Source: Camelus ferus (lineage: Eukaryota). Taken from it: a stretch of 64,000 nt of DNA. The notes under the pieces were generated by a model. It did no database searches, had not been told where the DNA came from, and saw nothing but the letters and a program-made list of their open reading frames with translations. This document shows positions 23,290 to 36,475 of the stretch, in pieces (position 1 is the stretch's first letter; every line of letters starts with the position of its first letter). The position numbers were made by a program, and so were the translations under genes. The stretch covers positions 115,880,001 to 115,944,000 of the forward strand of contig NC_045697.1 in NCBI RefSeq assembly GCF_009834535.1. The letters are read 5' to 3'.

Positions 23290-25389
23290 AAGAGTGTTAA
23301 AGTAAAAATAACTACTAACAACTTGAAGTTTTACAGAAGCCTTTCAAGTCAGCCTACGTGAGCAAGGAGAACAAAGAAATGTTATGCTTTCCTTGAAGGC
23401 CAGGTGACTCCAAAAGAAGTCTGCAATCCATGTGTACCCTTTAATCTTAAATCCTCTGGCCTCATCTTTTCTTTTAGCATAAAAGGAGCATGAGTTCCAC
23501 CATGAATTAAGATGATTCTTCAGGACGTTAGTCCGCCATTTTCTTGGTTTGCTGGCTTCCCGAATAAAGTGGCTATTCCTTGCCTCCACAGCTTATCTCT
23601 TGACTTACTGGCCCACCATGTGGCAAGCATCATGAGTTTGGACTCCGTAACAGTACGTCCAGCTTTGTTCCTCTTTCTCAAGATTGTTTTGGCTATTTGG
23701 AGTCTTCCGTGATTTCAAAAAATTTTAGGATTATTTGTTCTCATTCTGTGAAAAACTGCTATTGGTGATTTGATAGAGATTGCATTGAAATCTGTAAATT
23801 GCCTTGGGCCGTATGGCCATCTTAACAATAGTAATTCTTCCAATTCATGAACACGGTGTACCTTTCCATTTATTTATGTCTTCAGTTTCTTTTGTCAGTG
23901 TTGTAGTTTTCAGAGTGTAGGTCTTTCACCTCCTTGGTTAAATTGACTTCTAGATATTTTATTCCTTTTGATGCAATTAAATGTATTTCTCAAAATAATT
24001 TATTGATGCTCCATTGTGTGCAAGGTGTTCTTGAGAGGTATACAGGGGAATAAGACAGTGGCTCTGCCTGAAGGAGACAGGTCAGTGGAAGGCACAATGT
24101 GGTAAGCGCTGTTAAGGTATGAGCATAATGCTATGGGATCACAGTGTATGTACAGATAGATATACACATATATATGTGTGTGTATACATTTGTGTATATA
24201 CATGCTGAAATAACTGTATGGTGTCAGAATACAGTTTTTTTCCTCCTTTTCTCCTTTCTAAATTTCTTGGCCATTATATTAAAGACTTTCTAAATATCAG
24301 CCATGAAAAGAAAACTTCTCAGGACAGCTCTTCCAAAATGTGAAAAGATAAAAACAACATTTCAATATTGTGCTGTAACTGACATATGTGAATTGACTCC
24401 AAAGAATTAAAAAAAAAGGAAGGGAGGGGAGGAGGGAGGGAGTGAGGAAGAAACACTTTTAACCAGCATATGCCCAGGGATCTGCCAAGTGTCACAGCTG
24501 CTTCATATCTGGTTACGACCAGAAGAGCCCTTTAATTGAGGTCTGGTACTTTGTGTCATCGAATGACATCCCCCGAAGGCACTTTTAGAGCATTTTCCTA
24601 TTCCTCCTGTACTCATCTGATGGCCAGAGTCATCAGAATACTCTTTCTAATGAGCAGAGTGCCCCGTGATGTGAACATGTCAAGCCCTTAGAACAGTGGC
24701 GATGACCTCGCTCAGAGTTTCACCCACTTACTGCTTTCATTTCATCTCTGTGCTGTCCTTTTGCAGATTGAAGACGAGAGTATAAATTTGTGATTCACAT
24801 TCCACTTTCAAAACTGAGAGGCTGATATTATGGTGGGTGAAAATATTTCCCTCGGGACTACAAGTCACAGAGCCACTGCACACTCTCTGATAATGAGGTC
24901 TCAAGACAAGTGTAGCAGCAGATGAAACAGATGAAGCCTACACAGCCTGTCTAGAAGGAATTACTGAGCCCTCAAGTTTTCCTAGTCTCCCAGCCACGTC
25001 CTTGAAAGTTAACCCGCTGGGACAACGTCTGACTTCTCCTTAAATGTCACAATACCTTTAATGGAAACCAGATTCATAAATTGGAATGAAATCGCAGATA
25101 TGGAATAAATATTTATTGAGAACTTCAGCCATTGTATCAGAAAAGTTTACCAGCCTAGTATTTTTGTCAGTGGTCTGGAAAATAGAAAATATTTTCCCAT
25201 GGAAATAACATGGCTGCTGTAGGTAGAGGAAACTGTACAGAAGGACTAATCAGTCACATTATTTTGCCAAATATTTGGCTGTGATGTGCACACTGTTGAA
25301 TTCCAGTACTGGATTCAGGACAGCTTACAGAGATATATTAAATTCAGCAAGGAATTAAAAATAAAAAACAAAAAGCACTAGCCTAGACT

Positions 25390-26130
25390 GGCCAAGGGAC
25401 GGGAAAAATGGGGCACCTCATGCATTTTGAAAGGGGAAGTAAAATATTCAACATGTCTGGAGGGCTATTTGTACCAACATTGAAAATGTGCATACCGTTT
25501 GATCCTGAAATTCCATTCCTCGCATTGAAGAAGTAAGGGCGTGAGTGTACAGATATGCTTTATAAAGATGTTCACTGAATGTTGTATAATAAAGAATACT
25601 TAAAATAATCAAAATGTCCAAAGCAAAGAGATTGAGTAGACAAATAAGGATAATGTTAAGGAACATTACTTAAATTTTTTAAAGTTGACTTTTATATTTA
25701 CATGTAAAGATGTCCGCAATATTTCGTTGATGTACAAAACAGGTTATGGATTAAAATGTGTAGTGTAACTACATTTATGTCAGATATATACGTTACAGTT
25801 TATACTTGCAGAAGCATCATGAAAGATACAAAATGAAATTCTTAACAGCGATTCCTTTAAAGGTATGAGATGAGGGATTGCTTATCATATATTATTTTAA
25901 AATAAAGATGTCTCTATTTTCAAAATACAACAGGATAACCCATTTTAAATTTTATTTAGATTATGTTGAAGGAATATTTCATTGCATTGGAAAATGCTCG
26001 CGATCAATTTCTAAATGAAAAGAAGCAGGTTCTTAACCAAGTGCAGACGGGAAAATGGCAATCTTCCAGGTTTATGCATGCATAGAGACTAAGTCTGAAA
26101 CTTTTGTACCGAAATGTTCACAGTGCCGTT
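25390..26130 (+). mobile_element. Ancient L1ME-like fragments
   Basis: Decayed motifs (TTTGATCCTGAAATTCCATT, AAGATGTTCACTG, AAAATGTCCA). Confidence 0.5.
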
Positions 26131-26419
26131 TTCATGGGAAGAGTTGATCCAAGTTGCAAATTGAGAGACTAGACTAGGAATGCACCTGCGCCATGGAGTC
26201 CCGGCTGTGAGAGCAGGACTCTTCTTCTTGCTCCTGGACCGGAGTCATGGCAGCAGAAACGACACTGCATCCCTGTAAGGGCAGCCCAGGGAGCAGGAGT
26301 GGAGAGTCCCACTCAGCCTCAGCAACAGCTGGAAAGGAGCATCCCCGAGGAAGCCGCATCTGTGGTGCCCATGGTGGCGGGCCAAGTCCAAGAGAAGACA
26401 CATATATCCAGAATTTGCT

Positions 26420-26620
26420 ATATATTAGGCAGTCTGCTAAGGGATTTACATATGAATTACCTGTTTGATCCTCAAAACGATGTTAAGAATAAAATACTAT
26501 TATCTCCATTTTTTAGATGAAAATATTAGTACTTGGCAAGTTCATGTTGGGAATTAACCAGTAAATGGCAAAGCTCAGACCAGAAATCAGACCTGCCTGA
26601 TTGCCAAGACCATACCTTTC
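26420..26620 (-). mobile_element. MIR relic
   Basis: TATTATCTCCATTTTTTAGATGAAAA core in reverse orientation. Confidence 0.55.
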
Positions 26621-28599
26621 AAGCATTTTATATGCCAGAGTACATAATGTGGGCTCTGCCTTGGTGCCTTTTCCCCTTGCTTTTAAGGTCTTAGTCAACT
26701 CAGTGGGGTCTGCTACTTTGTCTTGGCTCAGACCGATTCCACCTGGTTGCCATATGGAAACCTACGTGGGGTGCCGGGCAAACGCACAACGCACTGCATA
26801 AAACTCAAGGCATCTCTCTAAAGTGTGCTGTACAGTTTTCAACCCAGACACCAGGGAGAGAAAATGACTGTCCCCAAGTCTGCTGTTCATCTCACTCTGT
26901 TCACAAAGTGCTTTGCTACGGTGACATCCTACCCCCTTGGAAGTCAGCCCACACCACCGACAGCCGCCAGTTCCATTGGGTCAATTCCACCTGAATCCAC
27001 TTGCCTGCAGCAGTTGCCAGAGCGCACAGCTTACCGAGCCATTATTATTTTGTGCCTGTGCCCAGGGAGCTCCACAAAGGATACATTTTAAAGAGCCTGG
27101 AATAGGTAAATAAATAAATAAAAAGTTCATAGGTAACATGTAATTTATTAGCAAAAAAAAAAAAAAAACACCAAGCACGTGTCACTGCCCTCACAGCCCT
27201 CACAGCTCATAGCCTGTTTCCTCCAATGATTACTTGCAGAATTCTACGGTGCAGAAAAACCTGGATTTTGTTTTTCAGCTCACTCCTTGAAATTGGTAGC
27301 TGACAGATCTTTCCTTAGCTTACCTCAAACGTCCCAGCTCATCTCCACCGTAAAGGCAACATATTTTCCAAAAAGAACCTCCATCTACACATGTATAACA
27401 ATGCGTTCAGTATCCCTCTGCCTGCCTGTCCATTCTATATAGGGGATGTAATCAAGGGTTTAGAAAAACCAGAACATCTTTTCCTTTCTTTATTGCTCAA
27501 AAAAAAAAAAAAGAAATGAGGCATTTAGAGATCTACTTCTCATTCTCCAGCCAGAGGATCCAACTACTTTGTAACTTTCAGCTGGATCTATGACATTTTA
27601 ATTTTGGTAAGGTTTCTGGCAAAGTTGATTGAGACATTTCAGGAGAAAACGGATACTAAAGCATAGTTACTGCTTGATGGCAACACCAAAGTGTTTAAAA
27701 CATCTCTCTGAGCAGTTTGCCTGCTGGGTTCCACGGACACTCCAGCTTCAGAAAATCTATGAACTCCTAAAATGGTATGCAAAATTTTATGTTAATGTGC
27801 AATTTTCCACCACTTACTAAATGTCCACAGTGTCTGCACACCAAAACAAGGTTAAACATCACTGAGTCATTCAGTCACACAGGGGAAAGAAACTGCTTTT
27901 TTACACAAAACTTTATCTCAAGAAAACTCATTAATACATCGTATTTCGTTATTGCTCATTCACTCCTATCAGGCCAACCTCTGTCCCGCTGTGCACTCTG
28001 CCCATTTCTACTTCTGACTTCTTCCATTCACCCATCTCCCTGTTGCCTAGGTGGCCCTTCTTTGAAAGCCGACTCTAATGTATTTCCTTCATAAAGCTTC
28101 AGTGACCAACTGTAATCCAGATGGATTTTACCTCATTTTTTCACTCTTAGTGTACTTAGCATCTGGAGAAGTCACCTACAGAACGTGTGTGTGCGTGTGT
28201 GGGCACACACGTGTGCACTTTTCATAGATGTTTCATATATGAAAGTGTATCTCCAGATATAACATACAGTACACATCCTAATCTTACATCTTCAATATTG
28301 TCAAGGATCCAATAGCTCATCAAAACCAGGTTCAAGTCTTGCTTTTCGTGTAGCTCTCACCATGACTCAAACTACCTGCTTGCTTAATTGCTGCTACGAG
28401 CTATGAGCAACCCTTGGAAATGCCTGTAGTTTCAGCATTCCTCTCTGAAACTGAATTACCTTGAAAGAAATCTTTCTTCCCTAAAGTTAGGAACTATGGT
28501 ACAACATTAGTGGAGAGATGAATTTTTAAAAATATGAAACGTTCCCACCAGTCAAATTATAAACTGCGTATCTAATGCGTACAATTTATCCACAAATTC

Positions 28600-29302
28600 T
28601 GTTACCACTTTTTCCACTATCTGACCCATTTCCATTCTTCCAGTGCTACCGCCCTCATTTTACTGTCATGACTGCGACAACCTCCCGGCCAGCCTCTGCT
28701 CCATGGGGAGACTTTTTCACAAAGTAATGACAGTGAGTCTTTTAAAATATGAGTCACATCGTGACACTCCTCTCCTTCAGTTTTCTCCCTACAACCTTCC
28801 TTCTTAGACTAAATTATGGAGTCCTTAAAACGGTCCTTAAGGCCCTGGATATTCAGTGGACCACACTCTACTGTGGTCACAAGTGCTGTAACTTATCCTT
28901 CCTCTTAGTCCACTCCATTCAAGCCAACAATTCCAACTCCTGCACCAGATTCCTACCTGTTGATCTCATCCAACATACTCCTGTCTCAAGGCATCCATCT
29001 TTGTTATAACCTCTGCCTAGTTCATTGCCTTCAGATCTCTTCTCACCACCTCCAGATCCATGGGCTTGCTCTGATCCTGCTCCAAAAATACACACACACA
29101 TATGCACAAAGTCCCCCCCCCAGCCCCCGTACCCTGCAGATCTACCTTATCTCCATTTAACATATGATACTGTAGTTTATTATCTTTGGTTCCCCAGCTG
29201 GAGGACAAGTAATGTTTGCCTGTTTTGTTTATTGCTGTAGCCTTAGTGGCTAGAACGTTATCAAACATATACAAACTGCTCAGTACATTTTTGTTGAATG
29301 AT
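28600..29302 (+). mobile_element. L2 LINE 3' relic
   Basis: Typical L2 3' terminus CTCAGTACATTTTTGTTGAATGATTG and upstream CTTTTAAAATATGAGTCACATC. Confidence 0.6.
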
Positions 29303-29726
29303 TGCTCCATATTAGTCAAATTCCTTTTGAACAAAGACAGCCACCTAAAAATACTTTAAAGAATAAAATTATTAAAATGTACATGCAGAAAACACATTGG
29401 AAGGCACAACACCAAATATGTCCGCAGAAAGGTCAGTGATTCGTCATGGCCTAAATTTCTTTAATGGGGATGGTAAAGAGAAGGAAGAATGATTAGGAGA
29501 CAGGGAGAAGGAGGGGGTTAAGTAGCAGTAAGACTTAAGCCGTGAGACCGATCATGTGGAAATTTTGAGGCTGAAAGTCTACTCTGGAGACCAATGTCCA
29601 GAGGTAGTGGGAAAGGGGTACCGTCTCTGATGTCCAATATTGTCAACAGATATCCTGCCCTCTGACAATTAATTATCTGTTTGTTTATTGCCTGCCATTA
29701 ATGCCCCCCCGCCCCACCAAGTCAGC

Positions 29727-30218
29727 CTCAGTGCTTCTGCCATATCCTCTTAGAATTCTTTACATTTCCATGTGTACTAGCGACGTCCATCAGCGTGTTT
29801 TCACTCCCAAGAGCCAGGAACCACATCTCTTTATAGAAGGATGGACCTCAGGCGGCCAGAACCTCCTGCCTGTGCACACAAGGAACTTGAACTCCCTGGG
29901 AATTGATTTCCCAGCAGTGGCAACCACCTTCGCTAGTGGCTCAGAGTCGTAGAGGGACAGATACTCAGTCCCCTTGCTTCCCGGTCATGCCAGCCCGAGG
30001 TTTTCCCCACACTGTCTCTTGCTCTTCCCTGCAAGAATGAGTCCAGGTTCCTTTTCATGGAACTTTGCCCCCCCAGCACCTCGTCCTTGCTCAACCTCTC
30101 CCTTCCTGGCCTCACTTTCCCACTCTCCTGCCAGTCCTCCTGGGAGCACATCCTCATAAATCACTTTCACACAAATCCTTATCTCAGGATTTGCTCCTGG
30201 AAAACCCAACCTGAGACT
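29727..30218 (+). mobile_element. 5' LTR of ancient ERV-L provirus (LTR16-like)
   Basis: Ends ...CCTGGAAAACCCAACCTGAGAC, like recalled LTR16; followed by PBS-like TGGTACCAGAA near 30221. Confidence 0.8.
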
Positions 30219-32952
30219 GTTGGTACCAGAAACGATCTTAGAGACTGAAACTCAGGGTAGGATTCTGGAGTTGGCTGACTCACCGGTGAGATGGCCATAG
30301 GAACCCCACTGCTGGTGACAGATAAAGGGACAAGGACTGGGGGCCATTGCTAACACGTCTGTGTGTGGCAAGTCAGGGCGGGATACAAGGGGAAGGGGGC
30401 ACCCTGGAATGCACAGAACCTCTAGCACTTGAGAATATGGCAGTGGTGGTAATTATAGGAACTGTGGGGTTGGTGGTTATGATGAAGTACCGTCCGTGGA
30501 TTGGAGAAAGGACAGTACAAATTTAGGTCAACCAGTTATCGATTCAGAGCACAGCGTGAGAGCCACAAGTCCTCCATGGCGGCGTTTAAAGAGAATATCG
30601 CCTTCTGTAGCTGCAGGGAAGACCTGCTGAAGAACAAGACCGGGACCAGGGCCAGGAAATTAGCAAAGCTGCAAAGAAGGCTGGCTTGCTCCTTGGCAAG
30701 TTACTTTTGCTAAATGTAGATTCTGACAGAGAAGGAATGGGACCCTGGGACTCGGGAGAGAGAGACCAGGATGCACCCAGAATCACTGAGCCCTCAATGC
30801 CCTTAAACCCCTGGGCCTGAGGAAAGGCCTCCATTCTTCTAGCCAGAGGACAGCAGCTTCCCCACGCTGCAGACTGAGCAGAAGCCTCAACTGAGACCAG
30901 TGCTTTGCAAAATTATACTTGCCAATCCAGATGGGCCAGTTCCTCTCTTCCTGTCTACGGCACCAGCATGAGCTTACTGACAAAGTACAGCCTCTGCTAA
31001 GGGAGGAAAGGAATTATTCACTGAAGGAGCTAAAGAGCTTGGCTAACAGGTGCTGGGAGGAGCTGAAAAAGTATGACAGGACGTGGTCACTGAGGACTGG
31101 AAAAGGTAGACCAGAAAGCCGCATGGGGAGAGTTTGTTGCTAGGGGATATGCTCTTGTATCTTAACACCCCAGCAGGAGCACCGAGCCCAGTCCTAATAT
31201 ATCTAGACTGTTTTTTTCCCTGGGAGCTTTGAAAAGACCAACGACTTACATCAATGAGGTAAAAATACCTGAATTTCCTCAGCAGAGTTTGAGATGATCA
31301 GCAGACTCCAAGAAGTAGGCAAGCTAATTGTGTAAAATCCAAGTCCCAGAAGACTCCCCCACCACCAAGTGACGGGGACTGCACCGCTGAGGAGGGCGCT
31401 GACATTGTCGAGAAGCTGACTGGTGATTGCTCTCAGCAGGCTAGGATTGAGGTAGGATGATGTTATTTTGCAACTGACGTCCTTGTGTCGGTGGGGAGGG
31501 TAGGATTTGGATGAGCAGAGGCCAGATGCAGCACTTAACCACCAGGCGAAGAAGACAGTTAACCACAACAGGCATCAAAGCTGCAAGTTGCTATGGTGAT
31601 CTCTAATAAACCCTGGTGTTTCCAGGACAAGATAGATGGGCAGACAGCAAGGGCATTGCCTGCTCATATAAAATTTTAAAAATGTTTTTTTAAAAGATGA
31701 AGAGCAGATGAACAGAAGACTGGTGTCTTCTGTACTAAGGGACAAATCCCTACCCCTTCCCGAGAGTCCAGGCTTGAGCCAGTTCTCAGACACAGAGTCC
31801 ACTGTTTGAAGGGAAGGCTATGTTCACCTGAAAGAGAATCCTGCAATCCACAGCAAGGATGCGCAATGTGGACTCTCCCAGTCTTCCCCAAAGGGAACTA
31901 CGGACACTTACACAGCCAACTGTACACTAGGACACGGGGGATACAGACATGCACCTTGCACTTTAAGCTACAGAGTTCACACTAACACTGATACCAGGAG
32001 TCTCCAAAATGTTACTCTTATAAGAGTGGGGACATATGGACCCTGATGATAATGGGGTCCTGACCCAAGTCTATTCCACAGGGTGTCCCTGGTCCCAAAC
32101 ATCTTCCACGATCTTTGAACACATGCACAGAATAATGTATTTAGCAGCTGGCATTGATTACACTGGCTCTTTGACCTATGGAGTAAGTGCCATCCTTGTA
32201 GAAAAAGCCAAGTGCAAGCCCCTGAACTTGTGCCCAAAGACAATAAATCAGAAACAATACCACGGCCAAGTGCAATGGATGAAATTAGTGATTCGCTCAG
32301 ATATTTAGAGTATGCAGAGGCAGTAATCTCCACTATATCTCCACTATTTGACAATCTGGACCCTGGAAAAAGAACCAGTGCATATGGCAGATGACTACAA
32401 CTAAGTTGTGGTTCCAGTTGCAATAGCTACACCACGTAACAGTGTTTTTTCCTAAAACAAATGCATTCTTTTCACCAATTATCAAGAAGAAGGATCAGAA
32501 GTGTTTATTCAAGTGAGTGGGTAGAATTCTACCCTTTAACAACATAATCTGGAGGCACTTGTATCAGCTAGACATTCCACAGACCATCACACTGACCCAC
32601 TGAATCAGTGACATCATGATAATTGGACCTAATGTGCAGTAACATGCACTCTGAGTGCCTGGTAAGAGAAATGTGCTACTTGGGCAGGGAGATGAAAACC
32701 CACTAAAGTTCAGAGACTTGCCACATCAGTGTTGTTTATAGAGGGTTGGTGATTTAGAACAAGCCACAGATCTCTTCCAAGATAAAAGACTGAGTTACTA
32801 CACCTTGCACCTCCTCCAGCTCCTATTAAGATAAAGAACAGAAGTCAGCAGCCCTCTGCAGGCTTTGCGCTTGAGGAACTTTATTGTATGATTGGGACAG
32901 CTGTCAGATCAAGAGAGGGCTTTGAAAAAGACAAGAAAAAAAAAGGGGGGAT

Positions 32953-33080
32953 GGGAGAAAGGGTATAGATCAGGTCGTAGACTGCATGCTTAGCATGACA
33001 GAGGTCCTGGGTTCAATTTCCAGTACCTCCTCTAAAAATAAAGAATAAATCTAATTACCTCCTCCACCAAAAAAAAAGAA
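32953..33080 (+). mobile_element. tRNA-derived camelid SINE
   Basis: GCATGCTTAGCATG..GAGGTCCTGGGTTCAAT..CAGTACCTCC body; lies inside the duplication GAGAGGG(C/T)TTTG (32913-32924, 33111-33122). Confidence 0.9.
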
Positions 33081-33320
33081 AAGAGAGAGAGACAGACAGA
33101 CAGACTGAGGGAGAGGGTTTTGTGCCAGGTTTAGGCTACTATGTAAGTGATACTGCTGCTACCTGGACGATCTGAGAACATATCCCAAGGTGGAAATATC
33201 TGTAGTGAAGGTACTGTTTGGATTCTCTGGCAAGCCCCAAATGGAGAGTCTCAGCACAGACCCAGAGGGCCTGGAGAATAGCTCTGACATTCACAGCAGA
33301 AAATTATATGCTCCATTTGA

Positions 33321-33982
33321 CACCTTGTAATAGACTATAATGAAAAAGAACATGAAAAGAAATATAAATATATTAAGTATATAAATATAATATATGTATA
33401 ATTGAATCACTATGCTGTACATCAGAAGCAAACACAACATTGTAAACTGATTATACTTCTGTTACAGAAACGACAGGCCAGCCAAGAAACAAGCACCACT
33501 CGGAGGGTTGGAGACCTCAGATGTATTACGCCGGTGGGCTCAGAGGGGCTTCTGCTCCGAAGCTCTGAGCACCTCCAAGACATGTGCATGAGGTTTTATA
33601 GGGTAAAATACAAGCTTGGGGTATTCGGCCAATAGGCATGGAACAGCTTTAGCAGCATCATTATCACAAAAGTGGAGGCAAGGAGGCAGCAAACCAACAT
33701 TCCAAAGCCAGATATATCTCTTTGAAAATCCAGCTGGCAAGCAAAAAAAAACAAAAAAAAAAAAAAAAAAAAACATGAACAGCAAACCAACACTAATCAA
33801 CTTAGATTTACCAGTTAGTCCAGCAGAACTCAGATCAGTATTCCGATACTTTCGATTTGTGAGTTATCTTGTTAGCCCAGTCCCGGCTTTTCCTTCACAC
33901 TTCAACTAGAAGAAATTAAAAAGAGGCAAAAAACAAAAAAGACTTCAAAAAGATGAGATTCCTTTGAAACTGAAAAAAAAAG
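33321..33982 (+). mobile_element. Short lineage-specific L1 3' tail, interrupted by an LTR
   Basis: L1 3'UTR terminus with an A-rich tail; imperfect TSD AAATTATAT...ATTTGA on both sides. Confidence 0.8.
33460..33899 (-). mobile_element. Relatively young ERV solo LTR
   Basis: TGT...ACA termini; perfect TSD CTTC (33456-33459, 33900-33903); minus-strand CCTATAAAA near 33600; retained CpGs. Confidence 0.9.
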
Positions 33983-35137
33983 AGGAAATTATATAGTTTA
34001 TTTGAAAACAAAAGTCTGACATGCTACTGAGTCACTGGTGAGACTGAACAAGTGACATGGGACAGTAACTGAAACACAAACAGAGATTCCCATCAGAAGC
34101 AGGATGCTGGTGCACTTACCAAACCATAAGTTTCTCCAGGGAAGCAACGCCTCATCAGACATCCAGGATTGACCCTGAGTGTGTCCAGAACTGCCAGTTC
34201 CAAGCAATGTCCCAGACCCTCAAACAGCCATCCAAACAGATGTCCCAGATCTCCGTACCACCCACCTCTTGTGCAGCAATACCTCTTTCTTAGTCTTCTG
34301 TGGGATTCTTGACACCAGCTGAAAACGAAGATAAAACCCAGGCCCAGTTCATGGAGGAAATGGCTCAATGGGTTGATTAAAGCTGAAAATGGAAGGCGGG
34401 TTGCTCTGCTTTCCTACTCAGGGAGAGCTCTGATAAACAGAGCTGCTATAGAAAACTCCTCCAAAGGGCAGAGCTTCGGGTAGCATACCGTCTCATCCCC
34501 GCTGGTCACAAGAAAAGTGGACTCAGATAAGAATATACGTGAACTTCTGTGCAGTGTCAACTGGCTTGACTAATGGGTCAAAGCACTGGAATCAGCAAGA
34601 TTGGAAGCTTCAGAGAAAAGATTAGGGTGGATTAAGGAAATCTAAGAAAGAAGCATGTGGATGGAGCAGTGAGAATGGAACCGAGTCTGTGAACATTGGC
34701 ACTGGGTGCTGATGTGCACTAGGTAGCAGCCCCTGCAGAGCATGAGATAAACAACCCGCGGACAGGATGTGTCATCCTACAGATGCCAGGCAGCCTCTGC
34801 CCTTGCCCATCCCAGTTCTAGTGCAGTGGACCCAGCTGCCACGACAGCAGAGATGGAGGTTATCCATGGGCCCGACGTCCTGGGCATCTCTCACCAAGGC
34901 TGGTCTAATGATGGATGCTGTTGAGAATCCAACCCGTCATCCCCAGAGACAGATACTGAATCTTCAATATGGTGTCATCCCGTATGGGGACCAAGCAGCG
35001 ACTTGGGGGCAAGTTTACTAGGTTAGACCCATCCCACAGTTCCAGGCATGAGTCTGCCTCTCCAGCTCATAGTGCCTCGGTGTGTAGAGTCAATTCAGTG
35101 CGGGTATAGACGGATCTGAGTGGTCTGGAGAGGACAC

Positions 35138-35300
35138 TGTCAGGATGCCACCATATCCCATCTGACCCCTTTACCTTGTTCATGCTCGCAGGCATCTGGG
35201 TGTGCCTTTATTTCCAACATCAAGCAACTGCACCTTTTTAGGCTTCTGTAACTCACTCTGCCTGCCTGAATGGGAGAGCTGGGCATGCCTCAGGAAGCCT
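35138..35300 (+). mobile_element. Truncated 3' LTR of the ERV-L provirus
   Basis: Follows a purine tract GGAGAGGA; CCATATCC..CTTTAC and downstream sequence align by eye with the 5' LTR start near 29740. Confidence 0.6.
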
Positions 35301-35419
35301 GAAGGTAAAGGTGGATCACAGGCAATTTCTTACTTCCTTTAAAATTTATTTCAGAATCTCACTTTATATGCAAATGATTCTATCTTCAATTAAATATCCC
35401 CTCTAGGTTAAAGGAGCCT

Positions 35420-35905
35420 TGTGTTAGAGTTCTCCAGAGAAACAAAACCAACAGTATATTGGTTTTCAGAGAGAGAGAGAGAGAGAGAGATTTATTATAA
35501 GGACTTGTGTCACAAGATTATAGAGGCTGAGAAGTCCCACGATCTGCCACCTGCACACTAGAGACCCAGGAAAGCCCGTGGTGTAATTCCACCCTCAGTC
35601 TCAAGTCCTGAGAATCAGGAAGCCAACGGGTCATATCCTAGGCCAAGGCAGGAGAAGACCGATGTCCCAGCTCAAGCAGACAGGCAGGAAGGGACCAAAT
35701 CCTCCCTGCCTCTGCTTGTTGTTCTATTCAGTCCTCAAAAGACTGGATGATGCCCACCCACCCGGAGGACAGCAATTCACTTTACGGAACCACCAATTCA
35801 AATGCTAATCTCGACCAGAAACATCCTGACTGTCACCTCAGAATCAATGTTTCATCTGGGCACCCCACGGCCCAGTCAAGGTGACAGATGAAATTAACCA
35901 TCACA
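35420..35905 (-). mobile_element. MLT2 (ERV-L) solo LTR, MLT2B-like
   Basis: TGTGTTAGAGTTCTCCAGAGAAAC start, (GA)n, GAAGTCCCACGATCTGCC, and AAATTAACCATCACA end. Confidence 0.9.
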
Positions 35906-36475
35906 ACTCCCAAAAGATGGATGAAGAATTCGAATTCCTAAGCCACACTGGAACAAGAGGAAAATGGCAGCTTGCACTGTATCCCTCACTGGCTCTTGCA
36001 ACCAACCTGGGTCTCGCTTTTGTTAACAGGGGGCTCTTTAGAATAGCTCATTGCTTCTCGAGATACTCAGGTAGCATGGGCTCCACAGAACAGACTGTAA
36101 TTGTGGAGGAGGCAAGTTCAGCTCCTGGGGAATTTACACATGACCTGAGTGTTGTATTTAGATTCCCGCGTCCTGACTACAGGACGCCCATGACTGCTCT
36201 CTTTGCTCAAAGCCCACCCCAGTCACCTTCACCTTCAAGGAAGAAAAGCAATGATATGTAAGGTCGGAATTAAAGAACAGCAAATCTTGCCAATTCTATC
36301 TTCAAATAAAAATACCAAATCTGACTTCCAATCCCTTTTTCACCAATACAATTACATTAAAGCTATCATCATTCCTCTCCTGGATTTTGGTAAACTTTCT
36401 ATCTTCCCATTTCTGCCCTTGAACCCATCTAGTCTAATTGCAATACAGCCAGTATGTCCTTTTAAAATATGTCAG

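Larger units (their letters stand above)
22230..23652 (+). mobile_element. ERV1-class solo LTR containing a SINE and an L1 fragment
   Basis: AATAAA near 23564; ends GTAACA; 3' part resembles the LTRs at 37207, 47049 and 59191; 5' boundary approximate. Confidence 0.75.
20708..23985 (-). mobile_element. 5'-truncated LINE-1 interrupted by an LTR at 22230-23652
   Basis: T-rich tail near 20712; ORF2 peptides [26 protein letters not shown] and [12 protein letters not shown]1 resumes at TCCAGCTTTGTTC (about 23658). Confidence 0.92.
30219..35137 (+). mobile_element. Decayed ERV-L internal region (ERV3-16A3-like; gag/pro/pol relics)
   Basis: GSLTYGVSAILVEKAKCKPL..KTINQKQY (32036-32308) and EISDSLRYLEYAEAVISTISP resemble ERV-L pol; the RT YIDD region reads ITLTH*ISDIMIIG near 32585-32625; no intact ORF. 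Confidence 0.85.

Noticed and set aside
24735..24770. Strong isolated splice-acceptor-like tract
   Set aside because: No convincing nearby donor or recognisable coding exon; expected by chance in 64 kb.
31977..32423. Longest ORF in the track (148 aa, minus strand)
   Set aside because: Antisense to decayed ERV-L pol and shows no recognisable protein.
35881..36261. 126-aa ORF
   Set aside because: Starts at a GTG inside the MLT2 LTR end; no homology recognised.
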